A DNA stretch of 64,000 nt from Mustelus asterias. Taxonomy: Eukaryota. A program made the translations under genes and the position numbers. Positions 11,640-23,069 of this stretch are shown piece by piece. The notes below the pieces were generated by a model that did not search any database, was not told the DNA's origin, and saw only the letters and a list, made by a program, of their open reading frames with translations. Location: positions 682,001 to 746,000 of the forward strand of contig NW_027590189.1 in assembly GCF_964213995.1 (NCBI RefSeq), written 5' to 3'. Each line of letters starts with the position of its first letter. Within the stretch, counting starts at the first letter, position 1.

Positions 11640-12900
11640 AATCTCTTCTGGAAGTGGCAGATAGAATTTAACAAGAAGTGTGACGGATGTGATTTGGCAG
11701 AAGGGACAGGGAGAGGCAATATAGACTGAATGACAAGTTCTAAAGAATGAGCAGGGACAGAGGGAGCTGGGGATTCATGTGCAGAGCTCATTGAAGGTTG
11801 CAGAGCTGTCAGGAGAAAAATCAGCAAAACAAATGGGATCTTGGGCTTCAGATATAAAGATATTGATTACAAAGGCGGCAAAAGTATGCTGAATGTTTAT
11901 AAAACTCTGGTGAGGCCACAACTAGAGTTTTGTGTCCAGTTTTGGTCACTGCACTTTAGGATGTGAGGGTCATTGAGAGGGTGCAGAGGAGATTTACCAG
12001 AATGGTTCCGGGGTTGAGGAATTGCAGAGTTGTTAAGGGCGTTGTCTAGGGCGGCACGGTAGCACAGTGGTTAGCACTGCTGCTTCACAGCTCCAGGGTC
12101 CTGGGTTCGATTCCTGGCTCGGGTCACTGTCTGTGTGGAGTTTGCACATTCTCCTCGTGTCTGCGTGGGTTTCCTCCGGGTGCTCCGGTTTCCTCCCACA
12201 GTCCAAAGATGTGCGGGTTAGGTTGATTGGCCAGGTTAAAAATTGCCCCTTAGAGTCCTGAGATGCGTAGGTTAGAGGGATTAGTGGGTAAATATGTGGG
12301 GGTAGGGCCTGGGTGGGATTGTGGTCGGTGCAGACTCAATGGGTCGAATGGCCTCCTTCTGCACTGTAGGGTTTCTATGATTTCTATTCTATGATTAAGG
12401 GGGAGGAGGAGGCTATTTGGCCCATTGCATCTGCACCAGCTCTCCAAAGGAGCATTATGGCTTGGTGCCATTCCCCTGAACCCAAGCATTTTGTTTCTAT
12501 TGTAGCTACAAGGTTAGGTTGGAGAAAGTGAGCTTGTTCTTTCTGGAGAAAAGGGGGTTGCAGGGTGATTTGATGGAGGTGCAGAAGTTTATGTTTAGAC
12601 AAGGTGAACAAAGAAAACCTGTTCCTATTAGCCGATGGTGCAAGGAGGAGGGGGCACAGATTGAAGATTTTGGTCAAGAAATGTAAAGGGGCTGTGAGGA
12701 AGAATATTTTTACACTGCGAGTGGCAATGACCTGGAACACTCTGCCCATGAGGGGAATGGAAGGAGAGAAAACAAACATTTTGGGAATGAAGTTGTGGGA
12801 AATAAACTTCCAGGGTTACGGGGATATATTGGGACAATGGGACTGACTGGTTTGCTTTCCAGAGCTGGCACGGATTCAGCAGGTGAATGGCCTCATTTCT
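11640..12900 (+). mobile_element. Degraded CR1 LINE with nested SINE
   Basis: YKTLVRPQLE..VQFWS..VQRRFTRMVPG motifs at ~11900-12010, resuming at ~12510. Confidence 0.65.
12049..12395 (+). mobile_element. HE1-type V-SINE (young, CpG-rich)
   Basis: gggcggcacggtagcacagtggttagc head, B box gggttcgattcc, (ttctatga) tail. Confidence 0.93.
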
Positions 12901-13009
12901 TACACTAATGACTCTCTGATCTAAGGAGAGAAATTTCAAGATCTCCAGTTCCTCATCCCTGGTGCCATTCTTATAAATCCACTCTCCAGCTCTCAAAGAA
13001 CTTTTCTTC

Positions 13010-13550
13010 AATGGCCCATATACAGGGTTCCATTCTAGAGGGATAGAATTGAAAAGCAGGGAGGTTCTGTTCAACTTGTTAGAACCAGGGTTAGACTACA
13101 CTGGGAGCATTGTCAACATTCATAATCTCCATTTAGAAAAGTGTAATAGAGGCACTGGTGAAGGAGCAACAAAGATTCACAAGAATAATCCCAGAACTGA
13201 GAGCATTTAACCCTCAGGAAAGGTTAGGGCCGCTTTTCTCCAGAAAAGAGAAAACTGAAGGGTGACCTGATGGAAGTCTTTAAGATTATGAAGAGGCTCA
13301 ATAATCCAATAGGGATTTCAGTGAGAAACCTCTTTACCAGCGAGTGGTGAGAATGTGGAACTCACTACCACAGTTGAGGTGAACAGCATGAACACATTGA
13401 AGGGGAAGCTAGATACATACATGAGGGAGAGAGGAATAGAAGGATATGCTGATGGGGGGAGATGAAGAGGGGTGGGTGGAGGCTCATGTGGAGCATAAAT
13501 ACTGACACAGACCTATTGGGCCGACTGGCCTGGCCCTGTGCTGTAGGCTC
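13010..13550 (+). mobile_element. Degraded CR1 LINE 3' portion
   Basis: LKGDLMEVFKIM motif and CR1 3' UTR gggccgactggcc..ctgtgctgta. Confidence 0.65.
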
Positions 13551-13837
13551 ACTGGAACAGAGACAAATGTATTTATTTTAGCTCAACCTGCCGTGGTAGA
13601 AAAACACTATTTATTATCCAGGGTAAAACATTCCATTAGTTTTTGTGGATCATTTTGTGGAAGTGTGCACTCCCAGGCTCAAAGTGCATCAGCCCATTGG
13701 ATGCAAAGTCATGAGACCGGCCAGTCCAACAGAGAGAAACCCTCCGACCCTCCCACTTCACCCACTGTCTGAATGAACATGGTTCAGTCCTGGATGCGAC
13801 TAACAGCAGCAATACCAGCAGAATCCAACACCTGTCA

Positions 13838-14344
13838 TCACTTATGGATTTGCTGGTGTCTCAGCAGGTTGGATAACTGAGTGAATCCTTTACCACAGTC
13901 GGAGCAGATGAATGGCCTCTCCCCAGTGTGAACTCGCTGGTGTAAGCGCAGAGTGTATGAATCACGGAATCGTTTCTCACACTGAGAGCAGGTGGCAGTT
14001 CTCTCCCTGCTGTCAGCTCGCTGGTGCCTCAGCAAATTAGATAAATGACTGAATCCCTTCCCACACTCATTGCAGGTGAACGGCCTCTCCCCAGTGTGAA
14101 TTCGCTGGTGTGACTGCAGGTTGGATGAATCACTGAATCCCTTCCCACAGTCAGAGCAGGAGAACGGTCTCTCCCCAGTGTGAACTCGCTGATGTCTCAG
14201 TAAGTTGGACAACTGCGCAAATCCCTTCCCACAGTCTGAGCAGGTGAACGGCCTCTCTCCGACATGACTGCGTTGATGAGTTTCCAGTGCAGAGGGTGTA
14301 CAAAATCCCCTCCCACAGTCCCCACATTTCCACCGTTTCTCCAC
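13838..14344 (-). CDS. C2H2 zinc-finger ORF ZNF-C, 6 fingers (one degenerate); start is GTG, may be a pseudogene
   Basis: 168-codon open finger array; the family ATG reads GTG here and there is no internal Met; splice acceptor at ~14710. Confidence 0.55.
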   Translation of the reverse strand: MEKRWKCGDCGRGFCTPSALETHQRSHVGERPFTCSDCGKGFAQLSNLLRHQRVHTGERPFSCSDCGKGFSDSSNLQSHQRIHTGERPFTCNECGKGFSHLSNLLRHQRADSRERTATCSQCEKRFRDSYTLRLHQRVHTGERPFICSDCGKGFTQLSNLLRHQQIHK

Positions 14345-15017
14345 ACTGCAGGTGTCCTTGTGCCTCTCCCAAGTTCAAGGATCAGCTAAAACCTCATCAA
14401 CACAAAACACATGTACGATTTCTCCACATTGTGAATGGTGCGAGGTTTTAACAGACTCTGTCACCACTTTAAACTCTTCCACAGTCAGTTCACTGGAACA
14501 CTCTCACTCGGGTGTGTGCAGGTCTTGGAGCTTTTCCAATCACACTGGTGTTTCAAATCTTTTGAAGCAAACTGAACAGACAAACATTTCTCCTTTGAGA
14601 GTCAAAGACCGATGATATTCAGCTCCTAGTGAAGTGAGTGATTCTGGTTGGTCTTGACATGACGTCTGCTTTGAATTTTCTGCTTCCAAATCCTCTACTT
14701 CTAATGTCCTGCAAAAAGAGTTTACAAAAGTCATCACCGTCAGTTGGAATAGAAATTCAGAACAGGCAATTCTAGTTTCTGTAGAACATTCTTTCCTCTC
14801 TCATTCTCAGTAAAGCTGTAAATCTCCATCCCACAGATTCCCTCTCTGTTTTCGCTCTGCTGTCCCAATGTTCAGCCTCCCAATTCCCCAGAGAGTGACA
14901 ATTCATGCTGATTGACAGCTCCATGCTCACTGCTTCTTGTCGAGGATGCAGCCCTGAAAATCTAGATGCAAACTGCTCGACTAAAAACTTATGTTTAGAT
15001 TCAATCTTTTTGGCCAT

Positions 15018-15223
15018 CTTCCCACAGTCCGAACAGGTGAACGGTCTCTCCCCAATATGACTGCGTTGATGAGTTTCCAGTGCAGAGGGTGTACAAAATC
15101 CCTTCCCTCAGTCCCCACATTTCCACGGTTTCTCCACAGTGCAGGTGTCCTTGTACCTCTCCCAAGTTCAAGGATCAGTTAAAACCTCATCAACACAAAA
15201 CACATGTACGATCTCTCCGCATT
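15018..15223 (-). repeat. Direct duplicate of ZNF-C 5' segment 14225-14430
   Basis: 206-bp colinear match with scattered substitutions. Confidence 0.92.
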
Positions 15224-15224
15224 T

Positions 15225-15470
15225 TACAGACGTTCAATGATCCGGAAATGATCTAAAAATAAACTAAATCAAATTAACGAGGGGACAAATTAAAATGGGC
15301 ATCTCCCAAAAGGAGGGCAATCACCCAAAACAAAAAACAAAGCGGAAAGGAAACTTAAAGCATCAAATCAAATGTGATTAAAGGGGTCAATAATGCACCC
15401 CAGTCTCCCTGCGATGCCCAGCAGACACAGAAGGTGTTAACGGTGCCCTGGGACACCGAATGCTCAGATC
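15225..15470 (-). mobile_element. Probable L1/Tx1-type LINE 3' end fragment
   Basis: Reverse strand EHSVSQGTVNTFCVCWASQG resembles Tx1 ORF2 termini, followed by a T-rich 3' UTR. Confidence 0.45.
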
Positions 15471-15499
15471 CTAGACCAGAATTTGTTGAAAATACCGAG

Positions 15500-16780
15500 A
15501 AAACATCAAAGGGATTAGACAAAGACAACATGGATTTACAAAAGGGAAATCACGCCTGAGAAACATCCTGGAGATTTTTGAGGATGTCATCACTAAAATA
15601 GATAAGGTGAACCAGTGGATGCAGTGTATTTAGATTTTCAGAAAGCTTTTGATCGAGACTCAAATAAAAGATTAGTATGCAAAATTAATGACCAAAGAAT
15701 GGAGTAATATATTGGTATGGATTGAGAATTGGTTAGCAGACATGAAACAGAAAGTGGGAGTAAATGGATCTTTTTCAAAGTGGCATGTGGTGACTGGTGG
15801 AGTCATGCAGGGGTTAGTGCTTGGACCCCAGCTACTCACAATATATATCAATAATTTGGATGAAGGAACCAAATGTAATATTTCCAGGTTTGCTGATGAC
15901 ATGAAACTTGGCAGGAATGTGAGTGGTGAGCAGGATGTCAAGAGACTTCAAGGCGATTTAGACAAGTTGAGTGAATGGGTAAATATATGGCAGATGCAGT
16001 TTAACATGGATAAATGTGACGTTATCCATTTTGGACGGAGAAACAGAATAGCAGAGTATAATTTAAAAGGTGATAGATTGGGAAATGTTGATGGACAAAG
16101 GGACCTGGGTGCCACTGAAAGCAAGCATGCAAAAACAAGAAGCAGTTAGGCAGGGAAGTGGTTTGTTGGCCTTCATTGCAAGAGGACATGAGTACAGGAG
16201 CAAGGATGTCTCACTGTAGGTGTACAGGGCCTTGGTGAGACCACACCTGGAGGTTTGGTCTCCTTACCTAAGAAATTATATATTTGCCACAGACGAATGC
16301 AGCAAAGGTTCATCAGATATGATTCCTGTGCTGGCAGGATTGTCGTATGTGGAGAGATTGGGTTGACCGGGCCTGTATTCACTGGAATTTAGACGAATGA
16401 GACAGGATTTCAGTGAATTGGATAAAATTCTGACAGGCCAGACAGACTGGATGCAGGGATGTTGTTTCCTCTGGCTGGGGGTGTCTGGAACAAGGGATCA
16501 CAGTCTCAGAATACAGGGTGGACCATTTACGAATGAGAAAAGAAGGAACCTCTTCACTCAGGGTGGTGAACCTGTGGAATTCTCTACCACAGAAAGCTGT
16601 GGAGGCCAAGTCACCGAATATATTTAAGAATGAAATAGATAGATTTCTAGACTCTAAAAGTGTCGAGGGGAATGGAGAGGGCACGGAGCATGGTGTTGAG
16701 ATAGAGGAGCAGCCATGATCATATGGAATGGTGGAGGAGGCTCGAAGGACCAAATGGCCTATGCCTGCTCCTAATTTCAT
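15500..16780 (+). mobile_element. CR1 LINE, 5'-truncated and degraded
   Basis: QHGFTKGKS motif; ORF 15688..16149 with RT motif ISRFADD; 3' UTR to ~16780. Confidence 0.88.
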
Positions 16781-16834
16781 AGAATCATAAAGTGCAGAAG
16801 AGGTCCTTCAGCCCATCGAGGCCACTCCGACACA

Positions 16835-19200
16835 TTAGAAACACATGAACTCCCATCTAATCCCATCTGCCTGCACTTGGCCCATAGCCCTGAATGTTAT
16901 AATGTGCCAAGTGCTCATCCAGATAAAGGGTGTGAGGCAACCTGCCTCTACCTCCCTCCCAGGCACCGTATTCCAGACTATCACCACCCTCTGGGCAAAA
17001 ATGTTTTTCCTCACATCCTCCCTAAACCTCCTGCACCTCACCTTGAACCTGTGTCCCTTTGTGACTGACCCTTGAACTAAGGAGAACAGCTGCTCCTCAT
17101 CCACTCTGTCCATGTCCCTCATAATCTTGTCCACCTTGATCAGGTCGTCCCTCAGTCTTCTCTGCTCTAACAGAAACAACCCAAGACTATCCAACCTCTC
17201 TTCATAACTTAAATGTTCCACCCCAGGCAGCATCCTGGTGAATCTCCTCTGCACCTCCTCCAATGCAATCACATCCTGCTGAATATATGGTGTCCAGAAC
17301 TGCACACAGTACCCCAGCTGTGGCTTCACCAAAGTTCTATACAACGCCAACATGATTTTCCTGCTTTTGTAATCTATGCCTTGATTGATAAAGGTAAGTG
17401 TCCCATATGACCTTCCACTTTCAAAGATCTGTGGACAAACACACCAAGGTCCCTTTGTTCCACAGAACTTCCTGGTGCCCTGCCATTCATTGAATACTTC
17501 CTTGTCAAATTATTCCTTCAAAAGTGCATCACCTCACACTTGTCAGGGTTAAATTCCATCTGCCACTTATCTGCCCATTTGACCATCTCATCTATATCAT
17601 CTTGTAGCCCAAGACACTCAATCTCACTGTTAACTACCTGGCCAATCTTTGTGTCACCCGCAAACTTACTAATCCTACTCCCTACATTGATAACTATATA
17701 ATTTATATGAATGATGAATAATAGTGGACCCAACACAGATCCCTGTGGTATGCCAAAGGACACCTACTTCCAGTCACTAAAGCAGCCATCAGTCATCACC
17801 CTCTGTCTCCTACAACTGAGCCACTTTTGAATCCACTTTATCAAATTACCCTGTATCCCATGTGAACATACCTTCTTTACAAGTCTCCCATGTGGAACCT
17901 TGTCAAAGGCTTTGCTGAAATCCATACAAACTACATTGACTGCACTACCCTCGTGTTGTGGGGAAATTTCAAGGAGGCCAATTGTGTCTTAACTTAGACA
18001 ATTCAAAACTCGCAAAGACGTAACAAAATTTATTCAACATAAAATAAATGTACAGCTGACCGGAGACTTCCAAAAGGTTTAAATAGCTCTGAGGAATAGA
18101 GCCATAGAACCACTCTGAAAGATCTGAAGTACAGAATCAAATAAAGATCAATTATACTTTGTCATAATCAATAATTCTGCCTTTCATTAGCTTAAAATCA
18201 ATTTCATTTACCAGTCATACATCAATACAAATCTCTGTCAAGTACCTCAGCCAACCATATGATACTTAATATCATGGTGAGATTCTATTCATCCTTCAAA
18301 TCCGGACGTCTTTCCCTTTTTGGCTCTAACTACATCTCTGTTGCCTGGTAACAGCAGACGCGACCTCAAGGTCAAAATGGACATTCCCTCCAGCTCACTG
18401 CCAAGTTGAATAGACATGTGATCCTGCATCCAGGGGCATGTCTATCCTTGTGTCTGGGCAGTGAATACATCTATTCATAAATGTTGCAGAATACGTACCC
18501 TCATCGGAATCCCACTGATAAGACAATTGCTGATTAACCAGTTCCCAGACCTTTGACTTTAAACTAATGTCGTTTACCACCATGCCTTTCGGTACCTTTG
18601 CTTGACCAAAGTGTACAATACATTAAAATACATTTAAAATATCAGCATATATGTTTTAAATAATAATTACTTGTTTTGATTCACTTTCTGCATTTACATA
18701 TGTTGGTAAACTGTTTGTTTTAGCTTGCCCAATAATCATTTAACTCTTTACTGATTTCCTGTCCTCTTAAAGACTGCATTCTGCCTCTAAATCTTATGAG
18801 TTGATGAGGAATCCCCTTCCAAACCACGTCGACACACCTGGACACCTCCTCAAAAAATTCAATCAAATTTGTTAGGCATGACCTCCCTCTGACGAAGCCA
18901 TGTTGACTATTCCTAATCAAGCTTTCCCTCTCCAAGTGGAGATAGATACTTTCCTTCAGAGGTTTCTTCAATAGCTTCCCTATCACTGACGTGTGACTCA
19001 CTGGTCTGTAGTTGCCTGGTTTGTTTCTACAATTCTCCTTAAATAGCGGAACCACATTAGCTGTTCTCCAGTCGTCTGGCACCTGTCCCGTCGCCAGAGA
19101 GGAATTGAAAATTTGGGTCAGACCCCCTGCAATCTCCTCCCTTGACTCCCACTGCAGCCTAGGGTACAATTCGTCTGAACCTGGAGATTTATCCATTTTA
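16835..19200 (-). mobile_element. CR1 LINE split by an ~870-bp insertion
   Basis: ORFs 16835..17353, 17518..17763 and 18720..19196 are colinear CR1 ORF2 pieces. Confidence 0.88.
17954..18826 (-). mobile_element. Putative solo LTR inserted into CR1
   Basis: Non-coding block with TG...CA ends cleanly interrupting CR1 (ccctcg|...|cgtcgacac); minus-strand AATAAA near 18030; TSD unclear. Confidence 0.5.
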
Positions 19201-19626
19201 AAAGGCCTTGTCCTTCTCTATGTCAATTTGCTCAAGAACCTCAGTCTTGGTGGAACAAGGTCAAGGGGCCAAGTGGCCTACCCCTGGTCTAAAATCGCTT
19301 CTGAGAGAAACACCTCGGGTAAATTCAACAAAAGAACCATGTAACAACTACAGCCCATCTCCATGGCAATGTGGCATGCTTTGGGGGTTCCAAACAGAAA
19401 TAAGAACTAAATATCTCTTCACTTCCTAACACCCTTTCATTCTGTGATCCTTGTAAAATCTGAAAGCAGGTATTTGCAACAAGACTCAAAGAGCATCAGC
19501 CCACTGGAGGCAAAGTCGTGAGATCAGCCAGTCCAACATCAAATAATCCTCCCCATTGAGAATGAACAATAAGCAGTCCTGGAGATAATTGAGAGTAGAA
19601 ACAATATCAGATTCCAGCACCTGTAA

Positions 19627-20469
19627 TCACTTGTGAACTTGCTTGTGTCTCAACAGGATGGATAAAAGAGTGAATCCCTTCCCACACTGAGAGCAGGTGA
19701 ATGGCCTCTCCCCAGTGTGAACTCGCTGGTGTCTCTCCAGGTTGGATGAATCATTAAATCCCTTCCCACACTGAGAGCAGGAGAAGGGCCACTCACTGGT
19801 GTGAACACGCTGGTGTCTCAACAGGTGGGATGACAGAGTGAATCCCTTCCCACAGTCAGAGCAGATGAATGGTCTCTCCCCAGTGTGAACTCGCTGGTGG
19901 GTCTGCATGCCGGAAGAATCACTGAATCCTTTCCCACAATGAGAGCAGGTGAATGGCTTCTCTCCGGTGTGAACTCGCTTGTGTCTTAACAGGTTGCATA
20001 AAAGAGTGAATCCCTTCCCACACTGAGAGCAGATGAACGGTCTTTCCCCAGTGTGAATTCGCTGGTGTGTCTGCAGGTTGGATGAATCACTGAATCGCTT
20101 CCCACATTGAGAACAGGTGAATGGTCTCTCCCCAGTGTGAACTCGCTGGTGTGTCTGCAGGTTGAATGAATTACTGAATCCTTTACCACACTGAGAGCAG
20201 GTGAATGGCCTCTCCCCTGTGTGAACTTGCTTGTGTCTCAACAGGTGGGATGACAGAGTGAATCCCTTCCCACACTGAGAGCAGGTGAATGGCCTCTCCC
20301 CAGTGTGAACTTGCTGGTGTCTCTGCAGGGTGGTTGACTGAGTGAATCCCTTCCCACACTGAGAGCAGATGAATGGCCTCTCTCCAGTGTGAATGCGCCA
20401 ATGGTTTTCCAGCTCTGATGGAGCTTTGAATGTCTTCTCACAGTCCCCACATTTCCACGGTTTCTTCAT
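19627..20469 (-). CDS. C2H2 zinc-finger protein ZNF-D, 10 fingers, finger-only
   Basis: Intact ATG-initiated 280-aa ORF = 10 x 28-aa repeats; acceptor ~20775; exon-1 donor ~21541. Confidence 0.9.
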   Translation of the reverse strand: MKKPWKCGDCEKTFKAPSELENHWRIHTGERPFICSQCGKGFTQSTTLQRHQQVHTGERPFTCSQCGKGFTLSSHLLRHKQVHTGERPFTCSQCGKGFSNSFNLQTHQRVHTGERPFTCSQCGKRFSDSSNLQTHQRIHTGERPFICSQCGKGFTLLCNLLRHKRVHTGEKPFTCSHCGKGFSDSSGMQTHQRVHTGERPFICSDCGKGFTLSSHLLRHQRVHTSEWPFSCSQCGKGFNDSSNLERHQRVHTGERPFTCSQCGKGFTLLSILLRHKQVHK

Positions 20470-20886
20470 GTTTTAGGTCCCGCTGTATCAATCCAGGTCA
20501 GTTTAACAGTTGAAGCCTCATCGACACAACAAACACATGTACAATCTGTCCCCGCTATGAATGGTGTGATGGTTTTTCAGCCTCTGTAACTGGTTGATAT
20601 TCTTTCCACAGTTAGTGCACTGGAACACTCTCACTTGGGTGAGACTGGGCAAACATTCCTCCTTCTAGATTCAAAGACCGATGATATTCAGGTCCCAAGG
20701 AATCGAGTGACTCTGTCAAATCTAGAACGTCACGTCTGAGATTTCTGTCTGTAAATGCTCCTGTCACAATATCCTGTAAATGTAGTTTACAAATGCCATT
20801 ACGGTCAGTACAGGATAGAAATGCAGAACTAACAATTCTATTTTCCTCTCTCATTCCCCAAAAGCTGTAAATCTCCATCCCACACA

Positions 20887-20962
20887 CACTCTCCCTCCAT
20901 TCTCACTCTGCTGTATCTAATATTCACTCTCCCTCCACTCTCACTCTGCTGTATCTAATATT
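20887..20962. repeat. 38-bp tandem duplication (2 copies)
   Basis: cactctccctcca(t/c)tctcactctgctgtatctaatatt x2. Confidence 0.9.
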
Positions 20963-21036
20963 CACCCTCCCAATTCTCCTGAAGGTGCTGATTGAGGCTG
21001 ATCGACAGATCCATGTTCACTGCTTCCTGTCCTGGA

Positions 21037-21134
21037 TTACTCACCTGAAGAAGGGGCTTGCAGCTCCGAAAGCTTGTGTGGCTTTTGTTACCAAATAAAC
21101 CTGTTGGACTTTAACCTGGTGTTGTTAAACTTCA
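21037..21134 (+). mobile_element. ~98-bp Penelope-derived mini-insert with 12-bp TSD
   Basis: TCCTGTCCTGGA at 21025-21036 and 21135-21146; content is a hammerhead motif plus the Penelope tail. Confidence 0.85.
21042..21078 (+). ncRNA. Minimal type I hammerhead ribozyme motif
   Basis: CAC-CUGAAGA-A-GGGGCU(UGC)AGCUCC-GAAA-GCUU-GUG. Confidence 0.7.
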
Positions 21135-21190
21135 TCCTGTCCTGGACACAGTTGAAAATCTCCATGCAGGCGGCCAGACAGATATACTCA

Positions 21191-21432
21191 AGATGGCACC
21201 GGAGCAAGGTGACTTCTTGCAGACTGTGCCAAGGATACCTTCTAATTTTATCTTTTACACTTGTTCTATGCTTTGAAAACTCGATTCTCTCTGCACCCTA
21301 GTTGTGACTGTAACACTACATTCTGCACTCTCTCCTTTCCTTCCCGCCGAACAGTATGCTTTGTCTGCATAGTGCGCAAGAAACAATAGTTTTCACTGTA
21401 TGTTAATACACGTGACAATAATAAATCAAATC
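21191..21432 (+). mobile_element. Short Rex1/Babar-derived element (3' end, possibly joined to its 5' end)
   Basis: 21295-21432 matches the Rex1-type 3' UTR at 23787-23930 with aataaatcaaatca tail. Confidence 0.65.
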
Positions 21433-21483
21433 ACTGGACTAAAAATGTGTGAAATGTACAGACTGGATTCATTTCCTTTCCCT

Positions 21484-22382
21484 TCAGTTGCTGCAAGTCC
21501 CCAATTTTTCCCAGAATGCAAAAAGAAAGTGTTTTACTCACAGATGTTGGCCAGAGGAGGAAGTTTGAATCTATCTGAAGCTCAATCTTTGTTCAGAGAG
21601 AGGAGGAGGATGAGCAGCAGTTTGCTGGACAAACAATGGAGGAACATTCGTGCAGCCATTGACACAAGGCCCGGACTCTGACTGGCTGGAGGACCAGGAC
21701 TGATCTGGTCCTCCACGCATTGCCATTGGTCAATCTGCCGCATGTAGACAATGGGGGGGGCGGAACCCGAGCCCACGTGGGGGTGGGCGGTGCTTTGACC
21801 GCCAGCCGCGCTGAGCTGGTGTCCAATCCGCAGTGTGCGGCTTCTGTAACCAGTGATATTGCTGCCAATGGGACAGTGTGTGCTGGGAACGCCCCTCTGA
21901 GTCATTGTGACGGCACAATAGAGCCCTGCCTCAATCAGCCAACAGCAATCACTCTGCTCCGCGCCAACATCCTTGGATGGATCCCAGTGCGCAGGCCCGG
22001 ACGCGCGGACGTGGGAGCCCCGCCACCACCCGTTGTGCCCCCTCCCCCGGCACCTCCACGAGCCAAGGTTTCCAGGCACCCGGCCCTGAGGGAGAGGGGA
22101 AACTGCGCATGTGCAGGGGAGAGCCCGCCCCCTGACCGTCAGACTGAGGTGTTGACCAATGGGAAGAATTGGAGGACCGGAAGGATCCCGGTCCTCCAAC
22201 CAATCACAGGACGGGCTTTTTGTGACTGCAAATTGCGCTTCAGACTGACTGAAACTTCCTCCTGTTTGTTTATTTGGTTTGACCTTAAAAAGAGGCCAAC
22301 ATCTGTGAGTAAAACACTTTCTTTTCTCCCCCTTTCCATTTCTTTTCTCACTCTGGGGGAAATTGGGGACTTGCAGCAACTG
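21484..22382. promoter_or_regulatory. Bidirectional CpG-island promoter and non-coding first exons for ZNF-D/ZNF-E
   Basis: CpG-rich with CCAAT and GC boxes; the donor motif GGCCAACATCT|GTGAGTAAAACACTTTC is present on both strands (21541 minus, 22305 plus). Confidence 0.8.
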
Positions 22383-22657
22383 ATCACAAGAAATAGAAGC
22401 AGGAGAGGCCACCAGGCCCTTCAAGCGACCCTGCCATTCAGTACAATCCTGGCTGATCGATGCCGAACTCCTTTTGTGAGCCATTTCCCCATCGCCCTCT
22501 ATTCCTCAATCTATCAAATATTTATCCACCTCCATTTTAAATACTTCTAATGATTCAGCCTCTTCCATGCTTTGGAGCAGAGAATTCCAGAGATTCACCA
22601 CCCTCTGCGAGAAGAAATTTCTCCGCACCTCAGTTTTAAATGACTGGCCCTTTAACT

Positions 22658-23001
22658 TCATAGAAACATAGAAACCCTACAGCACAGAAAGAGGCCATTC
22701 GGCCCATCGAGTCTGCACCGACCACAATCCCACCCAGGCCCTACCCCCATATCCCTACATATTTACCCGCTAATCCCTCTAATCTACGCATCCCAGGACA
22801 CTAAGGGGCAATTTTAGCATGGCCAATCAACCTAACCTGCACATCTTTGGACTGTGGGAGGAAACCGGAGCACCTGGAGGAAACCCACGCAGACACGAGG
22901 AGAATGTGCAAACTCCACACAGTGACCCAAGCCGGGAATCGAACCCAGGTCCCTGGAGCTGTGAAGCAGCAGTGCTAACCACTGTGCTACCGTGCCGCCC
23001 C
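22658..23001 (-). mobile_element. HE1-type V-SINE (within a degraded minus-strand CR1, ~22390-23060)
   Basis: Full-length reverse copy. Confidence 0.92.
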
Positions 23002-23069
23002 TTGTAGCGTGTTCTCTTCCTCTCGTGAAAATATCTCACCATCTACTCTATCAAGCTCCCTCAGGATCT

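Noticed and set aside
12049-12125. tRNA-like A/B boxes
   Set aside because: They are SINE heads continuing into the V core, not tRNA genes.
21582-22550. 300-aa and 276-aa ORFs across the CpG island (also 54548..55168)
   Set aside because: Stop-poor GC-rich promoter sequence with no domain similarity; they run through splice donors and repeats.
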